From a virus (lineage: Duplodnaviria > Caudoviricetes), in the IMG/VR virus record IMGVR_UViG_3300042247_000016, positions 1 through 32,288 of that record: a DNA stretch of 32,288 bases, one strand, 5' to 3'. A program made the translations under genes and the position numbers. Positions within the stretch are counted from its first letter, which is position 1; each line of letters opens with the position of its first letter. Below the pieces are notes generated by a model. It made no database searches and was not told the DNA's origin. It was given only the letters and a program-made list of their open reading frames with translations. Below, piece by piece: positions 7,100 through 16,381 of the stretch.

Positions 7100-8980
7100 A
7101 TGGGTGTCTGGGGTGGTCCCCGTGCGGCGATCCGGAGCAGCGACGTGACGGTGTTCTCTCCTGCGCCTGATGTCGCGGCGCCGGGTGCTCTGGCAGCGGG
7201 TCTCTCCTCCCCGCTGGACGGCCCGGCGCCACTTTTCCCAGCCCGCCGCATGACGCCCGACGAGGCGGCCGCCTGGCGCTGGCAGTGGCCAAACGCGACG
7301 GCGGACGATGTGACGCGGCTGTCGTGGCTGCTGTTGCGGTGGCGCGTCGATCCGGTGCTGTTCGCCGCCGAGGCGTTGCGGGTGGTGCTGATGCCGTACC
7401 AGCAGCACATGCTGCTGGACCTGGCCGATGCGCCGGCTGAGGTGTACGCGTTCCATGGTTTGCCTGACGGCAATCCGAAACGGCAGGTTCTGGCGCCATC
7501 GGGCCACGGCCTGGGCAAGACGCGCACGCAGGCGGTGGCGATCTGGTGGCACACGCTGACGCACCAGTTCAGTCGGCGCGTGGTGACAGCGCCGACCGGC
7601 GAGCAGCTCTCGCGCCAGCTGTGGGGCGAGGTGCGCAAGATGTACCGGCGCCTGAAGCGGCATTGGCCGATGCTGGCGGCCGACTGGGAGGTCCAGGCCA
7701 CGGCGGTGGTGCATCGAAACCCGGATTTCGGCGACTGGATCACGGTGGCGCGCACGGCGCGGGCCGAGGAACCGGAGGCGCTGCAGGGGGCGCACGCGCT
7801 GGATGACGATGACGCTTTTGGCGATCTGGCGCAGGTGTTCGGCGAGGATCGCGAGGGCGGCCAGTCGGGCGGCATCCTGGTGGTGATCGAGGAAGCCAGC
7901 GGCGTCGACGATGCGATTCGCGTAGTGCTGCAGGGTGCCTTGTCGGAGGAAGGCGCGCGATTGCTGGCGTGCGGCAACCCGACCCGCCCGGACGGCTGGT
8001 TCGCGCGCGACATGGATCATGTGGACCGCTACGCGGTGCACACGCTCGATTGCCGGATGTCGGACCGCAGCCAGGTCTACACCATGCGCTATCGGGACCT
8101 GGCTGGGCGCACGCACGAAGCGCGCCTTCGCGGTTTCGTGCGCCCGGCCTACTGGGAGGAACTGCTGGCCGACTGCGACGGCGACGAGGAACACGACGTG
8201 TTCAAGGTGCGCGTGCGCGGCATGAAGCCGACCAGCGCGCTGACGCAGGTGATCAAGGCGCACTGGGTGGACGAGGCGATGACGCGCCAGCCGGGTCCGG
8301 ACTGCCTGCGCGCGCCGGGCGTGATCGGGCTGGACTTTGGCGTCACCAGCGACAAGCACGCGCTGGCGGTGCGTTTCGGCTTCGCCATCCGCGAGGTCGA
8401 CGAATGGCTACCGCCGGACCGGCCGGACGATGTGACGCTGATGGCGGTCGACCGGGCGCTGGACGTGGTGGAGCAGTACCGCGGGCGGGTGCGGTTCATC
8501 GTCGGCGACAGCAACGGCGTCGGGCGCGGGGCGATGGAAACGCTCACGCGGCACTTCCGCGACCGGCCCGAGCAGGGCGTGACGGTGGTGCATTTCAACT
8601 CCGGTACCGGCGCGCGCGACGGCAAGCGCTTCGCGCGGCGGCGGGATGAGCTGTGGTTCAAGCATGGGCGAGCGTTCTTTGCCGACCCGCGTTGCTCGCT
8701 GATCGCCCATCCGGGCCTGCGCAAGCAGCTGACCACGCCCGGCTACAGCGAGGGCGGCGACCGGCGCATCAAGGTCGAGAGCAAGCAGGACATCCAGCGG
8801 CGCACCGGCGAGCCGAGCGGCAATTCCGCCGACGCGGTGCTGATGACGCTGGTGCCCAGGATCGAGGAAGTCGCGCAGCAGCCGCCCGCGGACCCCGATC
8901 CGCGCCCGCGGGTGCTGCTGGACCACTTCGCGCGGCTGGGGCGGCTGCGCGACGCCAGAGCGGGGCATTTGATCGCATGA
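7100..8980 (+). CDS. terL: Terminase large subunit (start uncertain, 7100-7250)
   Basis: Walker A SGHGLGKT, Walker B ILVVIEEA, GNPT coupling motif, nuclease motifs IGLDFG, VGDSNGVG and ADAV. Confidence 0.93.
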   Translation: MGVWGGPRAAIRSSDVTVFSPAPDVAAPGALAAGLSSPLDGPAPLFPARRMTPDEAAAWRWQWPNATADDVTRLSWLLLRWRVDPVLFAAEALRVVLMPYQQHMLLDLADAPAEVYAFHGLPDGNPKRQVLAPSGHGLGKTRTQAVAIWWHTLTHQFSRRVVTAPTGEQLSRQLWGEVRKMYRRLKRHWPMLAADWEVQATAVVHRNPDFGDWITVARTARAEEPEALQGAHALDDDDAFGDLAQVFGEDREGGQSGGILVVIEEASGVDDAIRVVLQGALSEEGARLLACGNPTRPDGWFARDMDHVDRYAVHTLDCRMSDRSQVYTMRYRDLAGRTHEARLRGFVRPAYWEELLADCDGDEEHDVFKVRVRGMKPTSALTQVIKAHWVDEAMTRQPGPDCLRAPGVIGLDFGVTSDKHALAVRFGFAIREVDEWLPPDRPDDVTLMAVDRALDVVEQYRGRVRFIVGDSNGVGRGAMETLTRHFRDRPEQGVTVVHFNSGTGARDGKRFARRRDELWFKHGRAFFADPRCSLIAHPGLRKQLTTPGYSEGGDRRIKVESKQDIQRRTGEPSGNSADAVLMTLVPRIEEVAQQPPADPDPRPRVLLDHFARLGRLRDARAGHLIA

Positions 8981-9213
8981 GCAACAGGAAAGCGGAGCCG
9001 AAATTGATTGCCTGTCACCGCCACGACGGCGGTTTACGTATGACTGCCGCGTTTTGCGGGGAATCGTGGCTACGGGCGCAGGCAGCCACGGATGTTATCG
9101 AGCGCACGCGCCTGGCGCCGTGCGTGGACTGCTCGAGCGGGCGGCGTCGGGCCAAGGGCGTCGAGGAAAAACCCGCCCGCACGCGGGTGTGGGAACGGTG
9201 GAGCATTGTCTGA
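8977..9213 (+). CDS. Small Cys-containing hypothetical protein
   Basis: ATGA overlap with terL; ACHRH...FC...PCVDC could bind zinc. Confidence 0.6.
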   Translation: MSNRKAEPKLIACHRHDGGLRMTAAFCGESWLRAQAATDVIERTRLAPCVDCSSGRRRAKGVEEKPARTRVWERWSIV

Positions 9214-9521
9214 TGGCGCACGTGCAGCAGCCGGAGCATATCCATGTGTCGGTCTTCGAGGCGCGGCTGCATGGGATGGAAGACAAGCTGAACGCGCTGT
9301 GTGGGCTGGTCGAACGGCTGGTACGGGTCGAGGAACGCCAGGCGCAAAACCAGGAAGCCATCCAAGCCCTGTGGGCAGAACAAACGCGGATGCGCGAGAA
9401 GATGGAATCCGTATCGACCGCGGGCGCACGTTCGACGTGGTCGGTGGACCGGATCGAGCGTCTGTTGTGGCTCGCGCTGACGATGCTGGCCGGCTGGTTC
9501 GGGTCACGGTTCGGGGGCTAG
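9213..9521 (+). CDS. Coiled-coil protein with C-terminal TM helix (XhlA/holin-associated type)
   Basis: LVRVEERQ coiled coil, hydrophobic C-terminus LLWLALTMLAGWFG; precedes the endolysin. Confidence 0.7.
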   Translation: MAHVQQPEHIHVSVFEARLHGMEDKLNALCGLVERLVRVEERQAQNQEAIQALWAEQTRMREKMESVSTAGARSTWSVDRIERLLWLALTMLAGWFGSRFGG

Positions 9522-9524
9522 TCG

Positions 9525-9950
9525 ATGGCATACACGCTGAGCGCCAGGAGCAGGAGCAACCTGCGCGGTGTCCACCCGGACCTGGTGCGCGTCGTCGAGC
9601 GCGCCATCGAGATCACCGACCAGGATTTCATGGTCCTCGAGGGCGTGCGCACACCCGAGCGCCAGGCCGAGCTATACGCCCAGGGGCGGACCCGGCCCGG
9701 GCCTATCGTCACGTGGACGCTCGACTCGCGCCACTTCGCCCAGGCTGACGGCTACGGGCACGCGGTCGACCTAGTGCCGTGGCCCGTCGACTGGAGCACG
9801 CCGGCCAGGTTCGACGCGGTGGCCGCGGCGATGTTCGCGGCGGCCGACGAGCTTGGCGTAGGGTTGCGCTGGGGCGCCGACTGGGACCAGGACGGCAATC
9901 CGCGCGAGCGCGGCGAATCCGACAGCCCGCACTTCGAGCTCGCCCGATGA
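9525..9950 (+). CDS. Endolysin, M15 family L-Ala-D-Glu peptidase
   Basis: LSARSRSNLRGVHPDL, EGVRT.ERQ..LYAQGRT, SRH...GHAVD, RWGADW, DSPHFEL. Confidence 0.93.
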   Translation: MAYTLSARSRSNLRGVHPDLVRVVERAIEITDQDFMVLEGVRTPERQAELYAQGRTRPGPIVTWTLDSRHFAQADGYGHAVDLVPWPVDWSTPARFDAVAAAMFAAADELGVGLRWGADWDQDGNPRERGESDSPHFELAR

Positions 9951-9999
9951 GCGAGACACCAGAGGCACTGCGGCGCGATCTGCGCTTCGGGCTGCCGGC

Positions 10000-10230
10000 A
10001 TGAAGGCACCGACCTGCCGGGACAGCCGGGGCCGCGAGTCGGCGACGTTGCCGTTCGTGCTGGTGTCGTGGGCGGCGGTAACGGCGGCGTTTGTGCGGTC
10101 ATGGTTGTTTCCGGTGGCCGGCATGGTGCCGATGGGCGCCGCCGAGTACGGCTCGGCGGTGGCGCTGATTCTGGCGATCTGGCTGGGACGCGAGTGGACC
10201 GAGAAGACGACCGGACGGGCGCCGTCGTGA
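10000..10230 (+). CDS. Putative holin (two TM helices)
   Basis: Two hydrophobic segments, charged C-terminus, between endolysin and spanins. Confidence 0.6.
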   Translation: MKAPTCRDSRGRESATLPFVLVSWAAVTAAFVRSWLFPVAGMVPMGAAEYGSAVALILAIWLGREWTEKTTGRAPS

Positions 10231-10718
10231 CGCGTGTGTGGGTGTACGGCGCGTTGGCGCTGGTGCTGGCGACGGTGGCGGCCGGCTGGATGGGCTACCG
10301 GCGCGGGGTGACGGTGGAGCGCCTGCGGGGCGAGGCGGCGCAGGCGCAGGTGCTGCGCGAGGCGTTGGCGCGTGTGCAGGAACGTCAGGCGCAGGTACAG
10401 ATGTTGCGGGCGCAGCAGGAACGGGTAAGCGAACAGGCGGAGGCGACCTATGCGCAGATGCAGGCTGAGATTGATCGCCAGCGCAGGGCTCTGGCTGGCG
10501 CTGGGCGGTTGCGCGACCCCGGAGCACGTGCGTCTTGTGGAGACGCCCTGCCCTCCCCCACCGCCGCTGCCGGCGTTTCTGCGGACGGCCCCACCGGCGC
10601 CGAACTTTCAGAGCGAGCTTCGGGATTTCTTCGTGATTTCGCCGAGCGATGCGACCGCGCCGCCGCCTACGCGCAGGGCGCGCACCGATGGGCGGTGAGC
10701 CAGGAAGTGGACCCATGA
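10227..10718 (+). CDS. Rz-like inner-membrane spanin
   Basis: N-terminal TM, coiled coil, GRLRDPG...C...AELSE..SGFL...A..CD pattern. Confidence 0.8.
   Translation: MTRVWVYGALALVLATVAAGWMGYRRGVTVERLRGEAAQAQVLREALARVQERQAQVQMLRAQQERVSEQAEATYAQMQAEIDRQRRALAGAGRLRDPGARASCGDALPSPTAAAGVSADGPTGAELSERASGFLRDFAERCDRAAAYAQGAHRWAVSQEVDP
10450..10698 (+). CDS. Rz1-like outer-membrane lipoprotein spanin nested in Rz (+1 frame)
   Basis: Basic N-terminus, hydrophobic core, lipobox LGGC, Pro-rich mature part; GGAGG RBS. Confidence 0.8.
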   Translation: MRRCRLRLIASAGLWLALGGCATPEHVRLVETPCPPPPPLPAFLRTAPPAPNFQSELRDFFVISPSDATAPPPTRRARTDGR

Positions 10719-10918
10719 GCGAATCACTGGCGCAAGCACTGCCGAAAGAGCAGCAACGCGTGCGTGATCTATTGCGGCTGTACGACGCAATCCCGACCGG
10801 GGTATTCGCCGCAACGGCGATGCGCCAGTCGCTGGCTCGGGCCGAGCGCGCGGCCGCGGCAGGTGATTTGGCGGCCATGCTGGCGGCGTATCAGGATTTG
10901 CAGGGCTATAGCGCATGA
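10715..10918 (+). CDS. Small hypothetical phage protein
   Basis: ATGA-coupled at both ends; SLAQALPKEQQRVR...Y..I..G.FAA pattern seen in phage proteins. Confidence 0.75.
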   Translation: MSESLAQALPKEQQRVRDLLRLYDAIPTGVFAATAMRQSLARAERAAAAGDLAAMLAAYQDLQGYSA

Positions 10919-11217
10919 CCGCCGCTGACGCCATCCAGGCCGGCATCGTGCTGTGCAGCGCGACGGCGGCGTGGTTGGTCAATTCGCCGGGCCGGCGGGC
11001 GCGCGGGGTCGGCGCGGTGGTCGGTCTGTGTGGGCAGCCGCTGTGGTTCGTGGCGGCGTGGCAGGCCGGACAATGGGGAATTCTGGCGTTGAGTGGCTGG
11101 TACACGCTGGCCTGGGCGCGTGGGGTGTGGCATTGGCTGCGTCCGGCGGTGCGCGGTGATCGCCCGGCACAGCCGGGCTCCTACAGAGCCGACAGTTCAG
11201 GCGAGGCACGCGCATGA
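10915..11217 (+). CDS. Small three-TM membrane protein (PnuC-like fragment)
   Basis: GLCGQPLWF...QWGILAL..WY...W.RG pattern; ATGA-coupled. Confidence 0.65.
   Translation: MTAADAIQAGIVLCSATAAWLVNSPGRRARGVGAVVGLCGQPLWFVAAWQAGQWGILALSGWYTLAWARGVWHWLRPAVRGDRPAQPGSYRADSSGEARA
11158..11185 (-). repeat. GTAG-type REP element
   Basis: Minus strand TGTAGGAGCCCGGCTGTGCCGGGCGATC: GTAG tetranucleotide followed by a GC-rich palindrome. Confidence 0.7.
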
Positions 11218-13079
11218 AGCCGACGGTGGATGTGGCGACGTGGCGGCGGCGGATTGTGGCGGCGCGGCGGCGGCGCGAGCAGTACGAATCGCGGTGGGCG
11301 AGTTATGCCCGGCTGCACACGGGTTGTTATCTGGCGATGCAGGACCAGAACGATGATGCGGCGGTGACGTTGCCGACGGGCGATCAGGTGAAGGTGGGGG
11401 CGATCTTTCGCAACGTCGAGCAGACGATGGCGCTGCTCGAGGTGCCGGAAATTGCCGTTGATGCCAAGGCGGAGGATGTGCGCCGGGAGCTGGGCATGAG
11501 CGACACGCATCGGGAGACGTTGTTGGCGACGGCGCTGGAGCGGTCGATGCGGCGTTCCGGGCTGCTGGAGCGCGAGGAGGTGGCCGACGCTGTGAAGCGC
11601 GATGGTGTGGTGGTGGGTCACGGGGTCAGTTACAGCTACTGGCGGATGGTGACGCGGCGCGTGCAGGCCGGCTCGGCGATGGTGATGGAAGTGGCTCCGG
11701 ATGGTTCGTTTGAGCCGGTGCTGACGCGTGACGGGTTGCCGTTGTCCGAGCCGGTGGAAGTGGACGCAACGGTCTACGAAGGGGTGCAGGACGAGTATGT
11801 GTCGCCGCTGGAGTTTCTGTTTGATGCCTCGTCGCGCTCGATACGCCGGGCGCGCTGGCACGGGCGCGAGGTGATCCGGCCGCTGGCCGAGGTGCAGGCG
11901 GATAAGCGGTACACGGTGCCGGCCGACATCGAGGGCACGGCCTATCGGCTGAAAGACCTGTATGGGGTGGAGCAGTCGCCGGAGGAAGCGTATGAGGAGG
12001 ATTCGGTTCGGTTGATCGACGTGTGGGACAAAGACAATTCGGAGTTGGTGACGCTGCTCGAGCACAACGGCCGGCGCAGGAAGGGCGCGAAGTCAAAGAC
12101 CGCTGACACGACCGAAATGCTGGCGGTGCGGGTGGAGCCGTGGCCGATGACGTTCGAGCATCCGGACGATTCGCCGTTTTCGTTTTTCATCCCGATTCCG
12201 GGCAATGACTATCCGTTCGGCGTGCCGCAGATAGAGCATGTGCGCAATCAGGCGGTGGAGCTGGACAAGGTGCGTACGCGCCAGGCCAACATGACCCGGC
12301 AGCTAAAACGCATTCCGGTGTTCAAGAAGGGCGCGGTGGATGCCGATCAGGTGCGCCGGGCCTACAACGGGCCCGACGTGGAGCCGGTGGCGGTGGATGT
12401 GGCCGACGGCGAGAAGCTGACCGACCTGTTTGACGAGATCACCACGCCGTCGGTGCACGCGGACTTGTACAACCAGCAGCAGGCGGCCGAGCGGGACATC
12501 GACAAGACGACGGGCATTTCGGATGTGCCGGGCGGCGGCGCGGATACGGCGACCGAGGCCGAGCATATTTTTCAGATTGGCAATGCGCGCGGCACGCGCA
12601 AGCGGCGGCTGTTTCTGAGCTATCTGCGCGAGGTGGCGTATGCGCACAAGGCGTTGCTGGCGGAGTTCGCGCCGCTGGGGCAGAAGCTGAAGGTGTTCGG
12701 CCCGGACGGCCAGCCGGTGGAGCTGGAGTACGGCCGCGAGGCGTTCGATGGTGAGTTCTCCCTGGCGGTGAATCCGGGCGGCGAGGCGGCGGCGCTGTCG
12801 CCGGTGGAGCGCAAGGGCATGATCGAGGCGGCCAATCTGTTCCTGGGCCGGTTCGGGCCGGTGTTCGACAAGGTGTTTGCGCGCCAGGTGCTGACCAAGC
12901 TGAATTTCCGCGACGTGAACACGCTGTTGCAGGCGGTGCCGGCGGACGTGATGAGCGCGGTGCAGATGGGGCAGATGCCCGGCACCGGGCAGCGCCCGCC
13001 GGGTGAGGATATTGCGATGAACGCGCAGACCGACGGGCAGGCGCTGCAGGGGGCGTTCAATGAGCCGGTGGGCGGGTGA
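11214..13079 (+). CDS. Portal protein
   Basis: 621 aa, upstream of scaffold and capsid; YVSPLEFLFD, TTGISD...TATEA pattern of podoviral portals. Confidence 0.88.
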   Translation: MKPTVDVATWRRRIVAARRRREQYESRWASYARLHTGCYLAMQDQNDDAAVTLPTGDQVKVGAIFRNVEQTMALLEVPEIAVDAKAEDVRRELGMSDTHRETLLATALERSMRRSGLLEREEVADAVKRDGVVVGHGVSYSYWRMVTRRVQAGSAMVMEVAPDGSFEPVLTRDGLPLSEPVEVDATVYEGVQDEYVSPLEFLFDASSRSIRRARWHGREVIRPLAEVQADKRYTVPADIEGTAYRLKDLYGVEQSPEEAYEEDSVRLIDVWDKDNSELVTLLEHNGRRRKGAKSKTADTTEMLAVRVEPWPMTFEHPDDSPFSFFIPIPGNDYPFGVPQIEHVRNQAVELDKVRTRQANMTRQLKRIPVFKKGAVDADQVRRAYNGPDVEPVAVDVADGEKLTDLFDEITTPSVHADLYNQQQAAERDIDKTTGISDVPGGGADTATEAEHIFQIGNARGTRKRRLFLSYLREVAYAHKALLAEFAPLGQKLKVFGPDGQPVELEYGREAFDGEFSLAVNPGGEAAALSPVERKGMIEAANLFLGRFGPVFDKVFARQVLTKLNFRDVNTLLQAVPADVMSAVQMGQMPGTGQRPPGEDIAMNAQTDGQALQGAFNEPVGG

Positions 13080-13139
13080 GGCGTGGTGTTTTTGCAGGTT
13101 ATTTGCTGCGAGAAGAATTTTCGGGGGTAGACTCTTGCT

Positions 13140-14336
13140 ATGAACGCACAAGCTGACAACGCACAGGGGACGGACCTGGAGGCTGGCGCAGCGGCCGGCC
13201 AGGCGCCGCCGCCGGTGGTCGAAACGGCCCATGACGCGGGCGCGGCGGCGCCAGCGTCGCAGGACGGCGCCGGTGGGGCGTCCACGGATGTACGGGCGCC
13301 GCGCAGTCGCGCGGAGTCGGCGATGGCGCGGGCGATGGCGCGCGCCGGTGTGAAGACGGGTGATTCTGCGTCGGCGGACGCGACGGATGGGCAGGCGGCG
13401 GCCGGGCACGCTGCGCGTGAGGCGCAGGACGGTGACGGCGGCGACAGCACCCAGACCGACGCGGCAGCCGGCGGGGCCGATGCAGATGCGTCGAAGGCAG
13501 GCGCGGCGACGGGCGATGACCCGTCGCCGGACAGCACCTCGCAGGCGCCTGAGGATTGGCCGCGTGAGTGGACGGAGCGGTTTGCCGCGCTGCCCACGGA
13601 TGAGGCTCGGCAGATGGTCCTGGCGATGAACAAGGACATGACGGCCGGGCTGCAACGAGGACTCCAATCCCTGGCCGAGCAGCGCCGGGGCAGCGAGTCG
13701 TTATTCGATGCCATGCGCCGGACCGGGCACGAGACCGGTGAGGTGGAAGCCTTGCTGGGCTTGTCGGCGCGGTTCAAGGATGACCCGCACGGGGTGCTGC
13801 AGACGCTGGCCGAGCAGGCCGGCGTGGAGCTGTCCGCGTTGGCGGCCGACGCGCCGCCGGCGGAGTTCGAGGACGCGGCGGCACTGGCCAAGTGGGCCAG
13901 TGACAAGGCCCGACGCGACCTGGAGCGCGAGCAGCGCACGCAACGCCAACGCGAGGCGGCCGAGCGGCAGCAGGTGCAGGTGCGCGAGCGGTTCCAGCGC
14001 GAGCTGGCGGATGCCGCCGGCAAGTACGGTGACCTGAGGCAGCACTGGCCCGCGGTGGCGGATGTGCTGCAGGCGCAGCCGATGTTGTCGGTGGATCAGG
14101 CGTACCGGGTGGCGCGCTTCGAGGCGCTGCAGCAGCAGGCGGCGCAGGTGGATACGCTGCGGGCGGAGGTGGCGGCGCTGAAGGCGGCGGAGGAAGGCCG
14201 GCGCAAGCAGGCGACGCAGCCGCCGCCGGGGCGTGGCGGCACGGGCCGGGCAGCACCGCCGAAGGGTGGGCAGTCGCGGGCCGAGGCGGCGCTGGCACGG
14301 GCAGAACGACGACTCGCGGCCAACGGCGCCGCGTAA
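13140..14336 (+). CDS. Capsid scaffolding protein
   Basis: Acidic disordered N-half, APEDW..EW...F..LP motif, coiled coil; located between portal and MCP. Confidence 0.8.
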   Translation: MNAQADNAQGTDLEAGAAAGQAPPPVVETAHDAGAAAPASQDGAGGASTDVRAPRSRAESAMARAMARAGVKTGDSASADATDGQAAAGHAAREAQDGDGGDSTQTDAAAGGADADASKAGAATGDDPSPDSTSQAPEDWPREWTERFAALPTDEARQMVLAMNKDMTAGLQRGLQSLAEQRRGSESLFDAMRRTGHETGEVEALLGLSARFKDDPHGVLQTLAEQAGVELSALAADAPPAEFEDAAALAKWASDKARRDLEREQRTQRQREAAERQQVQVRERFQRELADAAGKYGDLRQHWPAVADVLQAQPMLSVDQAYRVARFEALQQQAAQVDTLRAEVAALKAAEEGRRKQATQPPPGRGGTGRAAPPKGGQSRAEAALARAERRLAANGAA

Positions 14337-14353
14337 CGATTTGAGGTAGCGCA

Positions 14354-15355
14354 ATGGCTGTCAACAGCACGGGGGTGCCGCTTTTTGCCGGCATCGAGGA
14401 CCTGGACGATATGTTCATCACCACGATGGAGGAGATGGACAAGGATTACAGCGACGAGATCACGATTCCGCATCCGGTATGGCGGTATCTGAAGGACAAC
14501 AGTCTGATCGAGTACCGGGACAGCATCGGCACGCATGTGCCGTGGCGGGTGATGGACAAGCCGAACTCGACGGTGCGGTCGTTCAGCCACTATGACGATG
14601 TGGACAACACGCCGTCGGATGTGCTGAGCGAGGCGAAGTTTGCCTATGGCCATATCGTCGGCACGCAGATGTACAGCCGCGAGGAGCTGACCAAGAACAG
14701 CGGGCGTGAGCAGCTGATCGACCTGATGGAGCTGAAGGCCAAGCAGCTGGAGATCAGCATGGCCAATTACTTCGGCACGCTGCTGAGCGGCACGCAGGAC
14801 GCCAACGGGCGGGACTTCATGGGTCTGGGTCGGGTGCTTGGGTATGACCTGAGCTGTGGCGGCATCGACCCGACGGCGCCGGGGTTCGCGTACTGGAATC
14901 CCCAGCGCGGGCTCAAGAGCGGTGGCGGCAGTTATGCGCTGGCGACCGAATTCCGCGAGGGGTTCCGCCGGCTGGAGCGGCTGTGCACGTATCGTGGGCG
15001 CCGGCCGACGGTGTTCGTGTGCGGGGAAGACCTGTACGACGAGTTCCAGGCGTGGGCCGAGAGCAAGTTGCAGCTGCGCATCGACGATCTGAAAAGCCAG
15101 AAGGGCTGGGGCGACTTCGAGATGTTCCCGTACAACGGGCGGACCATCATCTACGACGAAACGATGGCGGCCAAGGCCGGCTGGCTGATCGACTTCAAGG
15201 AGTCGGTGAAGCTGCGCATCCATCGCGGGACGAATTTCACGTTCAACCCGTGGCAGATGATGGAAAGCAAAGTCGCGAAGAAGCGCGACTGCCTGACCTA
15301 TGCCTCGCTGTACGTGAAGTACCGCAACAGCAATGGGGTGATTACGTACACCTGA
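14354..15355 (+). CDS. Major capsid protein
   Basis: 333 aa after the scaffold, GAGGT RBS, strongly biased codons, NSGREQLIDL...GGID....YW pattern. Confidence 0.88.
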   Translation: MAVNSTGVPLFAGIEDLDDMFITTMEEMDKDYSDEITIPHPVWRYLKDNSLIEYRDSIGTHVPWRVMDKPNSTVRSFSHYDDVDNTPSDVLSEAKFAYGHIVGTQMYSREELTKNSGREQLIDLMELKAKQLEISMANYFGTLLSGTQDANGRDFMGLGRVLGYDLSCGGIDPTAPGFAYWNPQRGLKSGGGSYALATEFREGFRRLERLCTYRGRRPTVFVCGEDLYDEFQAWAESKLQLRIDDLKSQKGWGDFEMFPYNGRTIIYDETMAAKAGWLIDFKESVKLRIHRGTNFTFNPWQMMESKVAKKRDCLTYASLYVKYRNSNGVITYT

Positions 15356-15363
15356 GTGGGCCA

Positions 15364-15418
15364 TGTGGTGGGGCGGCTGTGCCGGGCGGTTATCGCGCGG
15401 CGCAGCCGCGCTCCTACA
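15364..15418. repeat. Inverted REP pair (REPIN-like) forming a hairpin after the capsid gene
   Basis: Degenerate plus copy 15364-15390 and minus copy TGTAGGAGCGCGGCTGCGCCGCGCGAT at 15418-15392. Confidence 0.65.
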
Positions 15419-15439
15419 ACAGATTGTGTGAGGTGAGTC

Positions 15440-15604
15440 ATGGCAGACGAAGCGATGGGGCCGACGGTGACGGTGCACATGAGGCTGGCCAAGTTCGAGG
15501 GCGAGTTCGAGGAAGGCAAGACGCCGGTGGAGGTGATCGAGACTTCCGAGACGGCGCCGCTGGCCGAGTGGCTGGCCCGGCAGGGAGGCGATGACCATGC
15601 CTAG
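15440..15604 (+). CDS. Small acidic protein, 54 aa (MADEAMGPTVTVHMRLAKFEGEFEEGKTPVEVIE...), absent from the ORF track
   Basis: GAGGTG RBS, GC-ending codons, overlaps the next gene. Confidence 0.7.
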   Translation: MADEAMGPTVTVHMRLAKFEGEFEEGKTPVEVIETSETAPLAEWLARQGGDDHA

Positions 15605-15839
15605 CGTGCGGGTGAGTGTGTCGGCGTTCTACGACGGGCAGACCACGCCGGCGGGCGGGGTGGTGGTGTGCGATGCGGACTTCGCCAAGCGCACGGTGTT
15701 GTTCGGCCACGGCGACTTGCTGGTGGACGGCGCGCCGGTGGATTTCGAGACGGCCTGCGGGCGGCTGCGGGCGACCGACGATGAGATTGCCTTCACGGCG
15801 CCGATCCGCGCCGCGGCGCTGGCGGAACGCGAGGGCTGA
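15597..15839 (+). CDS. Hypothetical protein (start 15591 or 15597)
   Basis: GGAGG RBS, typical codon usage. Confidence 0.65.
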   Translation: MPSVRVSVSAFYDGQTTPAGGVVVCDADFAKRTVLFGHGDLLVDGAPVDFETACGRLRATDDEIAFTAPIRAAALAEREG

Positions 15840-15842
15840 GCC

Positions 15843-16226
15843 ATGGGCATGACCAATGCAATGCGAGATTACTGGGCGCAGTCCAGCATCGGCGAGGCGG
15901 TGACGGCCTTCGACAACGCCAATGCGTATATCGCCGCCGGCGACAGCGCGACCGCCTTTGCCGCCACGCAGACCGACCTGCAGGCGGCCACCAACAAGCT
16001 GCGCAAGGCGATGGACGCCACCTATCCGCAGCGCAGCGGCAACGTGCTGACGTTTCGGGCCACCTTCGCCACCGGCGACGCGAACTTCGCATGGAACGAG
16101 TGGGGCATCTTCAACGCCGCAGCGGCGGGCACGATGATGCAGCGCAAGGTCGAGAACCTGGGCACCAAGACCAGCGCGCAAAGCTGGCAGATGACGGCGA
16201 CGATCACGATCAACGCCGGTTCATGA
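15843..16226 (+). CDS. Putative virion structural protein
   Basis: GDSATAF.A.QTDLQ...TFRATF...ANFAWNEWGIFN...RKV..LGTK beta-rich family typical of tail/fibre-attachment proteins. Confidence 0.75.
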   Translation: MGMTNAMRDYWAQSSIGEAVTAFDNANAYIAAGDSATAFAATQTDLQAATNKLRKAMDATYPQRSGNVLTFRATFATGDANFAWNEWGIFNAAAAGTMMQRKVENLGTKTSAQSWQMTATITINAGS

Positions 16227-16381
16227 CCTGGCTGTTGGCGGGGCTGGTCGTGCTGGTCATCATGCGGGCGGTGGTGCGCGCCATCGATCGGGCGGACGCC
16301 GAGGAGGCTCAGCGCGAGCTGTTGGCGCTGCTGGCCGAGCGGGCGGACGATCGCGTGATTGCCGACAACCTGGATGTTTGA
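16223..16381 (+). CDS. Small N-terminally membrane-anchored protein; possibly the 5' part of the following protease
   Basis: ATGA-coupled start; MTWLLAGLVVLVIMRAVV hydrophobic segment. Confidence 0.6.
   Translation: MTWLLAGLVVLVIMRAVVRAIDRADAEEAQRELLALLAERADDRVIADNLDV

Noticed and set aside
13081-13139. Sigma70 promoter before the scaffold gene (TTGCTG...TAGACT)
   Set aside because: 19-nt spacer and weak match; the AT-rich gap is suggestive but insufficient
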